DNA of 64,000 nucleotides from an uncultured virus (IMG/VR IMGVR_UViG_2811995017_000002) (lineage: Duplodnaviria; Heunggongvirae; Uroviricota; Caudoviricetes). Shown in pieces: positions 38,565 through 47,371 of the stretch. The position numbers and the translations under genes were made by a program. The stretch's first letter is position 1, and every line of letters begins with the position of its first letter. The notes under the pieces are model-generated. The model saw nothing but the letters and a program-made list of their open reading frames with translations, was not told where the DNA came from and searched no databases. The stretch is from IMG/VR virus record IMGVR_UViG_2811995017_000002, positions 1 to 64,000 of that record; one strand, written 5' to 3'.

Positions 38565-38954
38565 TTGGCCCGGAAACTTAGCGAAAAACAGATCGCTGCC
38601 ATAACGATTTTAGCACAGCCGAAAAGAGGCGGAATGACTTACGATCAGATTGCCGAAGAAGTAGGCGTAAGTAGGCAGACGTTATATGAATGGCGGCAGA
38701 ATGATTCGTTTAATGACGAACTAAAGCGCCAGATTATGCGGAACACTCTCGATCGTTTACCAGAAGTAATGGATTCCATACCGGATCATATCATTAACGA
38801 CGGAAATGCTGCGATGTTCAGGACGCTGTTGCAGGCGCATAGTATGCTTACAGATAATGTAGTCGTAGAGAATAAGAACGGTAGCGATACGGATATAGAC
38901 GAGATGAAGGCGCAGATAGAGCGTATGAGGGCGTTGCGTAAGGATGCCGAATAG
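38565..38954 (+). CDS. HTH protein, putative terminase small subunit (phBC6A51-like)
   Basis: LSEKQIAAI...TYDQIAEEVGVSRQTLYEWR..DSF; first gene of the late region. Confidence 0.65.
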   Translation: MARKLSEKQIAAITILAQPKRGGMTYDQIAEEVGVSRQTLYEWRQNDSFNDELKRQIMRNTLDRLPEVMDSIPDHIINDGNAAMFRTLLQAHSMLTDNVVVENKNGSDTDIDEMKAQIERMRALRKDAE

Positions 38955-39393
38955 TAGGCGCAGTATATAGGAAACGGATAGGATACGGAGGGTTTACGAG
39001 GGGTGACGGCGGATAGTATTCTGTCAGCTTAAACCTCCTGGCGCGCGACCCTCCGATCACTTTGACGAAAGCCCGTCCGTTTATGCAATATCTTATACAT
39101 ATCGCGCCGATCCTGCCGGACATAAGAACGTTGATATGACGCGGTTTATACGATGCATAAATAAAACGAAATACATAGCGCAATACAACAACGAATGAAC
39201 GTTGATATGACAACGATTGCGATGAACGCCAGTGTAACAGAATCCGATAGTGTTACACTCGATATACAAACGAATGAATACCGGATACACAACGAAGGAG
39301 GGGGCCGGGGAGGGAAAAACAAAATCCGCGGCTCCAGACGCATCTTAAACGCGCATATCAAAAATTCACTTTGACTTTGCGGAGGTGCAGCCG

Positions 39394-39624
39394 ATGTCAA
39401 TAACGCTAAACACTGTCGAACATAACTCGAATCCTTGGTCGCATAAAACGCTTTCCCAACGCCTAATCGAATCAGGCGCGTATGATCTTCGTAAGTATCG
39501 GAAAATCATCGATCTAGGAAACGGTTATAACCGCGTCGAACCGATGTGGACAGACGATAGACAGCCGCGATATGGAGATGACGATGGTATTTCGGAATAC
39601 AGGCGCAAGTTACGTGAGGAATAA
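39394..39624 (+). CDS. Hypothetical protein
   Basis: GGAGGTG SD. Confidence 0.55.
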   Translation: MSITLNTVEHNSNPWSHKTLSQRLIESGAYDLRKYRKIIDLGNGYNRVEPMWTDDRQPRYGDDDGISEYRRKLREE

Positions 39625-39642
39625 CGAAAAGGAGGACGAAAG

Positions 39643-39855
39643 ATGGGCGTCTATTATATTTCGGCTTGCCACGATTGCAAAGAGCGCGTTATGTGGGAGA
39701 AATGTACGAGGGAAGCCGCAGAAGAATGGCACGAAATGTTTCACCCTTGGCATAATACACAATTAAGCGGCGACTACGATGATGATTTTTACGATACTAT
39801 TCGAGGTTATCGCGATTTAGGTATAAGAGACGGCGACACCATTGCGGAGGTGTAG
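39643..39855 (+). CDS. Hypothetical protein (CHDC...H motif)
   Basis: AAGGAGG SD. Confidence 0.6.
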   Translation: MGVYYISACHDCKERVMWEKCTREAAEEWHEMFHPWHNTQLSGDYDDDFYDTIRGYRDLGIRDGDTIAEV

Positions 39856-39858
39856 CTG

Positions 39859-39987
39859 ATGATTCAGAAATGTGATGTTTGCGAAAAAGATGTCGAATTA
39901 GACTACGATGATATTAACGATCGGCATATGTGCGAGCGATGTTGGGACGCATATTACGAGGCTTGTTATTATAGCGGCTTAACATAA
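39859..39987 (+). CDS. Small Zn-finger protein (42 aa)
   Basis: GGAGGTG SD; CDVC...CERC. Confidence 0.55.
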   Translation: MIQKCDVCEKDVELDYDDINDRHMCERCWDAYYEACYYSGLT

Positions 39988-40006
39988 CGATTTTCACGCG
40001 CAAATC

Positions 40007-40547
40007 ACACGAAATTAGACGACTTAGCCTTCGCCGAGGGTATTCGGTAGGGGAACGGTTAGAGACGCTAATTTCGCGTAATTTTATACGTACCGGGCGC
40101 GTACCTCCTTACACGGGTCATTGAAAACCGCGCGAAATAAGAGGCGAGCGTTCGGAGCGCTTAATACTCCGATAAGGCGTGTAACCTGACAAGAGCAACA
40201 GAAACGGCCTCACGGAAGGATTATAACCGGTCTTGCCTTCCGAAAAACTACGCTGCCCAACCTTGAGGCGGCGGGTGTTAATATTCAATACGTTCATATC
40301 TTGGCAGAATGAGCACGTATCAAGTGTGGCTGGGTTTCCGTCTTTACTGTACGTTCCGCAGTCAGGACACGTAGGTCTTGCGGATACAAGGATTGAAAGC
40401 AGCATTCTCTGGCACCTCCTTACCGGCGGTTTACCGGATTCGCGGGTCCGGTAGAAGTCCGCCTGCCCAAAATATATGCGAGTGTAGTTTGGGCAGGCGG
40501 ACTTCGCCTCTTTCGCCCTCATATTTTCTAAAATATTTGCCACTCGC
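40007..40547. ncRNA. Candidate large structured RNA region
   Basis: At least seven hairpins, a 10-bp enclosing stem (40139-48/40503-12) and a perfect 18-bp hairpin. Confidence 0.4.
40118..40405 (-). CDS. Possible Zn-ribbon protein (95 aa) inside the structured region
   Basis: TAAGGAGGT 8 nt before ATG; CPDC-x14-CSFC. Confidence 0.4.
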   Translation of the reverse strand: MLLSILVSARPTCPDCGTYSKDGNPATLDTCSFCQDMNVLNINTRRLKVGQRSFSEGKTGYNPSVRPFLLLLSGYTPYRSIKRSERSPLISRGFQ

Positions 40548-40670
40548 GCTTTTAAATCTTTCGAAAATAGCGAACAGATGGTATAATATTCCCTGAGAGG
40601 GTATATACTAGCACAAGCTGTATTCAAATCAGGAGGTGCTGGGTATATGAGAAAAGAGGGGGAGAAAGAT

Positions 40671-40811
40671 ATGAACGCATTAGCTTCAAAGAATTCCTTC
40701 AAGCCTTTGGATAAAAAGAAAAAAGCGTTATTAAAGAAATTCGTCGGTAGCTCATCATCAAAATTAGATTTGAACAAGGTCAGAGATTCCTGGAAATATG
40801 ATAAAGATTGA
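40671..40811 (+). CDS. Small basic protein, putative antitoxin (46 aa; alternative start 40647)
   Basis: SD present; overlaps the PIN gene start by 14 nt; upstream extended -10 TGGTATAAT. Confidence 0.55.
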   Translation: MNALASKNSFKPLDKKKKALLKKFVGSSSSKLDLNKVRDSWKYDKD

Positions 40812-41367
40812 TTTTAATCGGAATTTTCGAGGGTTTTCCAATAAAGAGAAAATCTTGTTAGACACAGGCATTATACTCGCTCTGGCAAATGAGTATGATG
40901 CTTGGCACAACACAGTCAATAACCTCTTTGAAACTCACATTTTATCTGATGAAGACGATGAAAACAGTAAAGCGATTTTTCTTTTTGTTAATCCATTAAT
41001 TATTAACGAGGTAACCCATCTAGCAGGTCGTCCTCTTGAGTCTTACCGAAGAAAGAAACCTAAGGAAGACTTTTCGAACATCAACCCTGAAAAAGTGGTC
41101 GATGAAACTATCAGCAACATAGAAGAGTTAATAGATAATGAGGTTTTTCTAGTAATTGACGGAAATAGAGAGGCGGTTATGGAGCAGTTCAAGCTCTACA
41201 AAGACTTAGGATCAGCTGACGCCGCGAACGTTGCGATAGCAAATCAGCATAGCCTAAACTTTTTAACCGTAGATAGTAGACTAGCAGAAAACATATATCT
41301 TAAAAGAAATCAGTTAACGAATATTCATAAGGTATACACTACATCAGGTAAGTACAGGACTTATTAA
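40798..41367 (+). CDS. PIN-domain (VapC-like) ribonuclease
   Basis: ILLDTGII, INE, ADAANVAIA, FLTVDS acidic PIN motifs; AT-rich. Confidence 0.8.
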   Translation: MIKIDFNRNFRGFSNKEKILLDTGIILALANEYDAWHNTVNNLFETHILSDEDDENSKAIFLFVNPLIINEVTHLAGRPLESYRRKKPKEDFSNINPEKVVDETISNIEELIDNEVFLVIDGNREAVMEQFKLYKDLGSADAANVAIANQHSLNFLTVDSRLAENIYLKRNQLTNIHKVYTTSGKYRTY

Positions 41368-41385
41368 GTCCAACGCAATCAGAAC

Positions 41386-41417
41386 GAGGGCGATCCGAAT
41401 ATGGGTCGCTCTTTTTG
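41386..41417 (+). terminator. Rho-independent terminator
   Basis: GAGGGCGATCC-GAATAT-GGGTCGCTCT followed by a T-tract. Confidence 0.75.
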
Positions 41418-41460
41418 TGCTTGCGTTTTCAGCGCAGCAATAACGAAAAAGGAGACGATA

Positions 41461-41598
41461 ATGATGACGAAGACAGAAGAATTACTCGCATACTTAGATC
41501 GTTTGATTGCGTTGCAGACTTCCGGGCATTTGGTACGTGATGAAATTGCGGAAGCCATTGACGCGATAAGATACGAATTGATATTCGAAATCAACTAA
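41461..41598 (+). CDS. Small hypothetical protein
   Basis: AAGGAG SD. Confidence 0.5.
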   Translation: MMTKTEELLAYLDRLIALQTSGHLVRDEIAEAIDAIRYELIFEIN

Positions 41599-41617
41599 AC
41601 GAAAGGAGACGATGTGA

Positions 41618-41950
41618 ATGGCGGAATCAAAGCGCGAATCAATCGGTGAAATCAACGTAAAAGTAAATGTGGAGGTAGCGGAGGCTATTACCGGACTCAA
41701 GGCGGTTCAACGCGAAGCAAAGGCGGCGACTAAGGCTTTGGCTGAATTGCGGGAGGAGCAGGTGGAGATTAGCGTTGAAGAGGCGGCGCGTACTCTCGAA
41801 AAAGCTCTCGGAAGTACTAAGGTGGATGTGTCTCAGTTAGCAGAAGCGCTTCGAATACTCACTCCTAGCGAAGTTTATCGCCTTAGTGCGCAAGAAGCCG
41901 GGGAATCTTTGCGGAAACTTTTCGATGAAATCAATAGAGGCGAGCGTTGA
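41618..41950 (+). CDS. Hypothetical phage protein
   Basis: 110 aa, AAGGAG SD. Confidence 0.6.
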   Translation: MAESKRESIGEINVKVNVEVAEAITGLKAVQREAKAATKALAELREEQVEISVEEAARTLEKALGSTKVDVSQLAEALRILTPSEVYRLSAQEAGESLRKLFDEINRGER

Positions 41951-42231
41951 TGGAATTCGTAGTCATGATCGTGGATACACCGGATCAGGCGCGGATTATC
42001 GAAAGCGTATTTAAGGATCTCGACAATGATCGAATGCATTTCCGAGCTTTAGCAGTAGGCCAAGCGGCAGTCGGGTGGCAGTTTAAAGGAACGCGGCCAA
42101 CGACGGTTATCCTTGCGTATAGCGAACTTAAAACGGATCAGGAGAAGAAGTGGGAACGCGAAGTCGTCAATAATCTCGGATACAGAAACGATCATCCTAC
42201 AAGGCAAACGAAATGGGTTTCGCTTCTGTAA
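41950..42231 (+). CDS. Hypothetical protein
   Basis: TGATG coupling. Confidence 0.55.
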   Translation: MEFVVMIVDTPDQARIIESVFKDLDNDRMHFRALAVGQAAVGWQFKGTRPTTVILAYSELKTDQEKKWEREVVNNLGYRNDHPTRQTKWVSLL

Positions 42232-42250
42232 ACAAAAAAGCACCGAAGTC

Positions 42251-42799
42251 CTAAACCTCGATGCTTTCGTAAGCCTCCGATATCTCATCGGCTGTAATTC
42301 CGATATATCTCAACGTCTCGCGCTCGCTTGAGTGGTTGAGTATCGACATAATGCGCGTGATATCAACGCCGTTCTCGTATAGGCGGTAACCAAACGTCTT
42401 ACGGAGCGAGTGAGTACCGATACCGCCGATCTTTTCGTAAATGCCGGCCCGTTTCGCTGCGTCGTTTAAGATACGATAAGCCTGAACGCGGGTGATCGGC
42501 TTGCCGCCTCCTTGCCGACTGGCAAAAACGTAATCGTCGTCGTCACCTTCGAGTTGGTTAACGATTTTGAGAACGGAAGGGCTGAACGTGATCAAACGTT
42601 TTTTCTTCCGTTTCTTTTCCCAAATCGTGATCGACTTATGGCCACGAAGCTCTCCGATTTTAAACTTTAACAAGTCGCTGATACGCAGGCCGAACGCAGT
42701 TCCTAGCTGCCCTAGGTTCCGATCACGGCCCGGCTTCAGCGCTTTAATAAACTTGTTGTAATCGCGTTTTGATTTAATCGGAAAAACTTCGTTTGCCAT
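42251..42799 (-). CDS. Second, catalytic-domain-only tyrosine recombinase
   Basis: GLRISD, HSLRKTFGY, LNHSS, TLRYIG; own promoter TTGACT-17-TAATAT (42870-42842, minus). Confidence 0.9.
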   Translation of the reverse strand: MANEVFPIKSKRDYNKFIKALKPGRDRNLGQLGTAFGLRISDLLKFKIGELRGHKSITIWEKKRKKKRLITFSPSVLKIVNQLEGDDDDYVFASRQGGGKPITRVQAYRILNDAAKRAGIYEKIGGIGTHSLRKTFGYRLYENGVDITRIMSILNHSSERETLRYIGITADEISEAYESIEV

Positions 42800-42897
42800 T
42801 TCGCTCACTCTCCGTAATATAAAAATGATTTTGTTACACTCATATTAACGAAAAAGAAAACGAAAGTCAATACGAAAAATGAAAGGAGGTAAGGTAG

Positions 42898-43173
42898 TTG
42901 GTTTATGTTTTGATCTACTTACTACTCGGAATGTTATACGCCGGTATAACGTTCAAAAGTACTCTTGGTGCGATTGTAACTCTAGGATTAAGCAGTTCCG
43001 ATCGATTAAAGATCGCGAAGGGACCAGAAACCGTGTCCGATGAATTAAAGACATTGGCTCTTGCGTGTATTGTACTAGCGGTTCTCTACTCGCTGTTTAA
43101 GGTGCCTTTCTATCCGTTCTTATTTTTCTTTGACCTACTCGTAAGATCCGCGGCTAAGAAACATTCGAAATAA
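42898..43173 (+). CDS. Membrane protein
   Basis: AAGGAGGT SD; hydrophobic. Confidence 0.55.
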   Translation: MVYVLIYLLLGMLYAGITFKSTLGAIVTLGLSSSDRLKIAKGPETVSDELKTLALACIVLAVLYSLFKVPFYPFLFFFDLLVRSAAKKHSK

Positions 43174-43192
43174 GTGAAAGGAGGCGATCTTT

Positions 43193-44944
43193 ATCGCATG
43201 GGTTGATAGTCGTTGGCTGAAGCGGGATGAACGAGAAGAACTCATCAACGTATTAACCGAATACTTGGACGCGCTCGACGAAACTTACGGCGATGACATT
43301 CCTGCGTCAGAGATCGCCGACTATTACGAAAAAGCGACCGAACTTGAGCGGCTTAAACGGATTCATCGTTGCGAAGGTAATCTGCTCGAATTCTCTATTG
43401 AATACTTCTCGGACGCACGCAACCCGGACAATGACGGCAACTGGGACGGGTTCGACGTCACGGATGTAAGCGAAGCGCCGGCCTTCCACGTAGAGATCTG
43501 CGACATCATGAACGTAGTATCTACCGAAAGAGTTAACGAAAAGATTGCGGCAGCAGCGCCGCGTTCGCACGCCAAGTCGACGTATCTTTCGAAAGCCTTT
43601 CCGGTTCATGAGATCGTTTATCGAAAACGGAAATACACGATCATCATTTCGGAGACGCCATCGGTTTCAAAAGCCAATATGGAGTGGATTCGTAATCAGC
43701 TTAAGTTCAACAAGAAGCTGCGCGAAGACTTCGGGCCGTTGCTGTCGCCGCAAGACCAAGCGAACATCATCGATAACTCCGAATCATTTATCGCGTGGCA
43801 TCCAGATGGGGACAGCCGGAAACAATTAGCGCTCGTTCAGGCGGCTTCGACCGGTCAGGCGCTTCGTGGACGTAACTGGAACGGAACGCGGCCGGATCTC
43901 ATTATATGCGACGACCTAGAGGATGCACGGCCGGGAGGAAACGCAAGTACGCCGGAACAGCGGTCGAACCTTCGCGACTGGTTTTCGCAGACTGTAATGC
44001 CGTTAGGAGATCCGAAAGGAAAACGGACGGCCTTCGTTTACATGGGAACGACCGTCCATATGGATTCGTTGTTGATGCACGTTCTTTACAAACGATCCGA
44101 CTTCGTAACGAAAGTCTATCGCGCCATCATCAAACAGCCGGAACGCCTCGATCTTTGGGAAAAGTGCCGGCTTATTTATATTGATCGTGATAATCCGAAT
44201 CGACTTGCGGATGCAGAGCGGTTTTACAAGGAAAACGAGGATGAGCTCTTACGCGGAAGCAAAGTTCTGTGGCCGGACGTTCAGCCGTTGTTTAAGTTGA
44301 TGCGCTGGAAATGGGATAACGGCTCCAAAGCGTTCAATACGGAGTACATGAACAACCCGATCGACGAGGAATCGATGATCTTTAACCCGGAAAAATTCAC
44401 GTATCACAATGGAAATATCGACTATATGAAGTATGACGTTTCTCTCGCCGTAGACTTTGCGATGGGAAAAGAACGTGGAGACTATTCCGCAATTGCGATC
44501 GTCGCTGCCGATAAGGTTAGCGGCTCTATTTATGTCATAGACACGTTTGGCCAACGATTAAAGCCGGACGAATTCCTGAAGGTCATCGTTGAGAAGGTCG
44601 TCAAGTTTCAGCCGACCATAATCGCGGCAGAGGCTCAGGCGGCGCAAGAATTTTTCGTCGATGAGCTGAAAAAACAGCTTACACACGCTGGCTATCCGGC
44701 AGACACTCGCGTAAAGAAAGTAAAACACCGCAGCCGAAAAGAGCTCCGTATCGAGGCGCTATTGCCTTCGATCGAAAACGGAACAATCAAATTCGATCGG
44801 AAGCACGCGCTTTTGCTTGAACAATTCGAGCAGTACGGCACGGGCGCCCACGATGACGTTATCGATGCGTTAGAGATGGCGGTTTCGGCCGTTGTGAAGT
44901 CGCGTAGAAGAAAAGGCGGCAACGTTGGAAATTACCGTTACTGA
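43193..44944 (+). CDS. terL: Terminase large subunit; probable ATC start
   Basis: APRSHAKST Walker A, IICDDLE Walker B, AVDFAMG and HDDVIDA nuclease motifs. Confidence 0.9.
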   Translation: MAWVDSRWLKRDEREELINVLTEYLDALDETYGDDIPASEIADYYEKATELERLKRIHRCEGNLLEFSIEYFSDARNPDNDGNWDGFDVTDVSEAPAFHVEICDIMNVVSTERVNEKIAAAAPRSHAKSTYLSKAFPVHEIVYRKRKYTIIISETPSVSKANMEWIRNQLKFNKKLREDFGPLLSPQDQANIIDNSESFIAWHPDGDSRKQLALVQAASTGQALRGRNWNGTRPDLIICDDLEDARPGGNASTPEQRSNLRDWFSQTVMPLGDPKGKRTAFVYMGTTVHMDSLLMHVLYKRSDFVTKVYRAIIKQPERLDLWEKCRLIYIDRDNPNRLADAERFYKENEDELLRGSKVLWPDVQPLFKLMRWKWDNGSKAFNTEYMNNPIDEESMIFNPEKFTYHNGNIDYMKYDVSLAVDFAMGKERGDYSAIAIVAADKVSGSIYVIDTFGQRLKPDEFLKVIVEKVVKFQPTIIAAEAQAAQEFFVDELKKQLTHAGYPADTRVKKVKHRSRKELRIEALLPSIENGTIKFDRKHALLLEQFEQYGTGAHDDVIDALEMAVSAVVKSRRRKGGNVGNYRY

Positions 44945-44959
44945 AAGGAGGCGTTTTAA

Positions 44960-46495
44960 ATCGTAGTCATTGACAGAAATTTTATAAACCCGTTTCAATT
45001 TGTTCTCCCGATGGAAGAAGCGCTTGGATCGAAAGAATTTCAGCGCATTGTTGACGAAATCAAGCTTTACCGACGCTACGAAGGCGATCTGAACGTTTGG
45101 ACCGACTACGTTAAGCCGAAAGAAATCGATTATGAACCGACGCAGCTTACGATGAACTATCCGCGGAAGCTTATCGATTCGACTGCGGCCTGGCAATTCG
45201 AGAAGGAACCGAAAGTGACCGTTCCTCCGGACGTACTCGACGATCCTGCGGACATGATTAAGCCGGGATATACGCCAAGTCCACTACAAGAGGAAGAAAA
45301 CAGCCGGGCAAAGGCGAAAGAACGCTTGCTGACGTGGGTATGGGAAGAAAACCGGATGCACGAGAAGCTACTCGCAGCAGCAAAGGATCGCGCAATCAGC
45401 CGAACCGGCGTTTATGCTCGATTACATTACGATACACGCCGCGGAGAAATCAAAATACTGTGGCACCCGTCGACCGAAGTTATCGCAGTTCATAACGAAT
45501 GGGATGTCGATCAACTTGACGAAGTTCATTTCGTTGCGTGGTTGGACGAAGAACAGACGAAGCTTTGGAAACTTTCGTATTATCTCGTCTGGAACGGCGA
45601 TGAAGATACCGGAAACTACGACTGTGAGATCGAAGAGGCGATCTACGATGACGGGCTCAGTCTTGTCGAGAAACGAGTCGAAAGAAAATCGATGGGCCTC
45701 GACTTTATTCCGGTCATACACATTCCAACGGAGAAACTTTCGGGGCAGACAAGCGGCTTCAGCGAACTTGAAAAGCTTATCGAAACGGCCGACGAGATTG
45801 ACCGGAAGCTATCCGACTACTCGGACGCACTGAGATTCGAAATGTTCGCGATCACTCTCTTAACAAACGTCGAGTACGATCCGAAAAATCCGTTTAAGAT
45901 TGCGCCGGGAGCCATTTGGGACCTTGGCGAAACGAATAAAGAAATCGGAGAGCCTGACGCAAAGAAACTTGAAAGCGGATTTAAATTCAAAGAGGCGATC
46001 GAGGCGTATCTCGACCGTCTACAGAAGCGGCTTCACGAAATAAGTGAGGTTCCGATGGTTAACACCGCGGACATGAATACGGGCGGCATTAATGATATGG
46101 CACTCAAATTGTTGTACAGTTCGATTATTTCTAAAACCCAGCGAGCATGGATCGTTTGGCAATCGCGGTTACAGACGTTGAATGAGTACATTCTGCGTTA
46201 TATGAAAGCCCGCCAGGATCATCCTCGCTTTAAATATGAGAAGGAATGGCTTGCGCAAGTTGACGACAACTACGGAAGTAAAATCGTATTCGGGCTGCCG
46301 TTGCCGGAGGATCAAAAGGCTCTCGTCGAACAGTTAGGCGAAGAAATCGCCAACGAAATGGAGTCGATTAAGGGCGCGATCGTCCGAAGCGGTAAAGATA
46401 ACCCGGAAGCCAAATTTATGGAGATTTTACAGGAACGAAACCTGAAAAAACAGGCCGAAGATCCTTATAACGTAGCACCAGAATCAAACGAATAA
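44960..46495 (+). CDS. Portal protein (SPP1 gp6-like); probable ATC start
   Basis: Follows TerL; about 500 aa; MNYPRKLID, GFSELE, ALKLLY, GLPLPED. Confidence 0.8.
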   Translation: MVVIDRNFINPFQFVLPMEEALGSKEFQRIVDEIKLYRRYEGDLNVWTDYVKPKEIDYEPTQLTMNYPRKLIDSTAAWQFEKEPKVTVPPDVLDDPADMIKPGYTPSPLQEEENSRAKAKERLLTWVWEENRMHEKLLAAAKDRAISRTGVYARLHYDTRRGEIKILWHPSTEVIAVHNEWDVDQLDEVHFVAWLDEEQTKLWKLSYYLVWNGDEDTGNYDCEIEEAIYDDGLSLVEKRVERKSMGLDFIPVIHIPTEKLSGQTSGFSELEKLIETADEIDRKLSDYSDALRFEMFAITLLTNVEYDPKNPFKIAPGAIWDLGETNKEIGEPDAKKLESGFKFKEAIEAYLDRLQKRLHEISEVPMVNTADMNTGGINDMALKLLYSSIISKTQRAWIVWQSRLQTLNEYILRYMKARQDHPRFKYEKEWLAQVDDNYGSKIVFGLPLPEDQKALVEQLGEEIANEMESIKGAIVRSGKDNPEAKFMEILQERNLKKQAEDPYNVAPESNE

Positions 46496-46588
46496 CAACG
46501 TTCTTGACCTACGGTATTGTCGGTAAACTGCCGGTTGTTGTTATTCGTAATCTACAGTCTACTCGGACTTTAAACGTGGAGGTACGAT

Positions 46589-47314
46589 ATGCCGAAATTT
46601 TTACCTTTAAACCTACAATTTTTTGCGGAACAAACAGAACCGGAAGATCCTAACGCTCAACCTACGGCTGGGGAGCCGGAACCAAAACCGACAGAGCAAC
46701 CGAAGTCACCGGAAAAGACGTTCACACAGGCTGAACTCGACGAAATTCTTAACAAGCGTCTTGAGCGCGAGAAAAAGAAGCAAGCCGAACTCGAAGAAAA
46801 AGCGAAACGCCTTGAAGAGTTAGAAAAGGCGGAAGAAGAACGAAAAAAAGCGGAAATGTCCGAAACTGAACGCCTGCGGGCCGAAAAAGAAGAAGCGGCT
46901 AAGAAGGCGGAAGAAGCAGCGGAGGCAGCTAAGAAAGCGCAGGAGTCGGCTAATCAGCGGATTATTAACACAGAACTCCGCGCAATAGCTCGATCTCTTA
47001 ACGCAAATGATCCGAACCAAGTCCTCGCACTACTCGATAAATCTGCGGTCGAAATTGACGAAGATGGAAACGTAAAAGGAGCCGAAGAAGTGGTCGCTGC
47101 GTTTAAAGAATCCAGTCCGTGGATGTTTAAACAGCCGATCGGGGCCGACGCATCTGGCGGAAGCAACCCGGCCAAGAGCAACACCCAAACGGAGATTGTC
47201 GCGAAAGAGAAAGAATTGGACGAAACGAAAAAATTAGCGCTTAAAAATCCGCGTTATCTCGGAAAAGTCACAAAGCTCTACAACGAACTTCGAGAGCTAA
47301 AAAACAAACGGTAA
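46589..47314 (+). CDS. Capsid scaffolding protein with LQFFA leader
   Basis: MPKFLPLNLQFFAE, KTFTQAELD, coiled coil. Confidence 0.85.
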   Translation: MPKFLPLNLQFFAEQTEPEDPNAQPTAGEPEPKPTEQPKSPEKTFTQAELDEILNKRLEREKKKQAELEEKAKRLEELEKAEEERKKAEMSETERLRAEKEEAAKKAEEAAEAAKKAQESANQRIINTELRAIARSLNANDPNQVLALLDKSAVEIDEDGNVKGAEEVVAAFKESSPWMFKQPIGADASGGSNPAKSNTQTEIVAKEKELDETKKLALKNPRYLGKVTKLYNELRELKNKR

Positions 47315-47371
47315 TTCAGTCGCCCTATGGCGGCTTTTTTAATTACAAAAAATTATTAGGGGGATTTACAC

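Noticed and set aside
38955..39380. CRISPR array
   Set aside because: Repeats are short, few and irregularly spaced, and no cas operon is present; the Cas4-like nuclease sits in the replication module.
40478..40547. tRNA gene (GCGAGTG...CACTCGC, 70 nt, tRNA-like 5' start)
   Set aside because: No TTCG T-loop in the right place, no anticodon arm geometry and no CCA; kept only as an alternative stem.
40118..40777. 219-aa minus-strand ORF as listed in the track
   Set aside because: Its 5' half is antisense to the SD-supported small ORF and promoter; only the part from ATG 40405 has SD and motif support.
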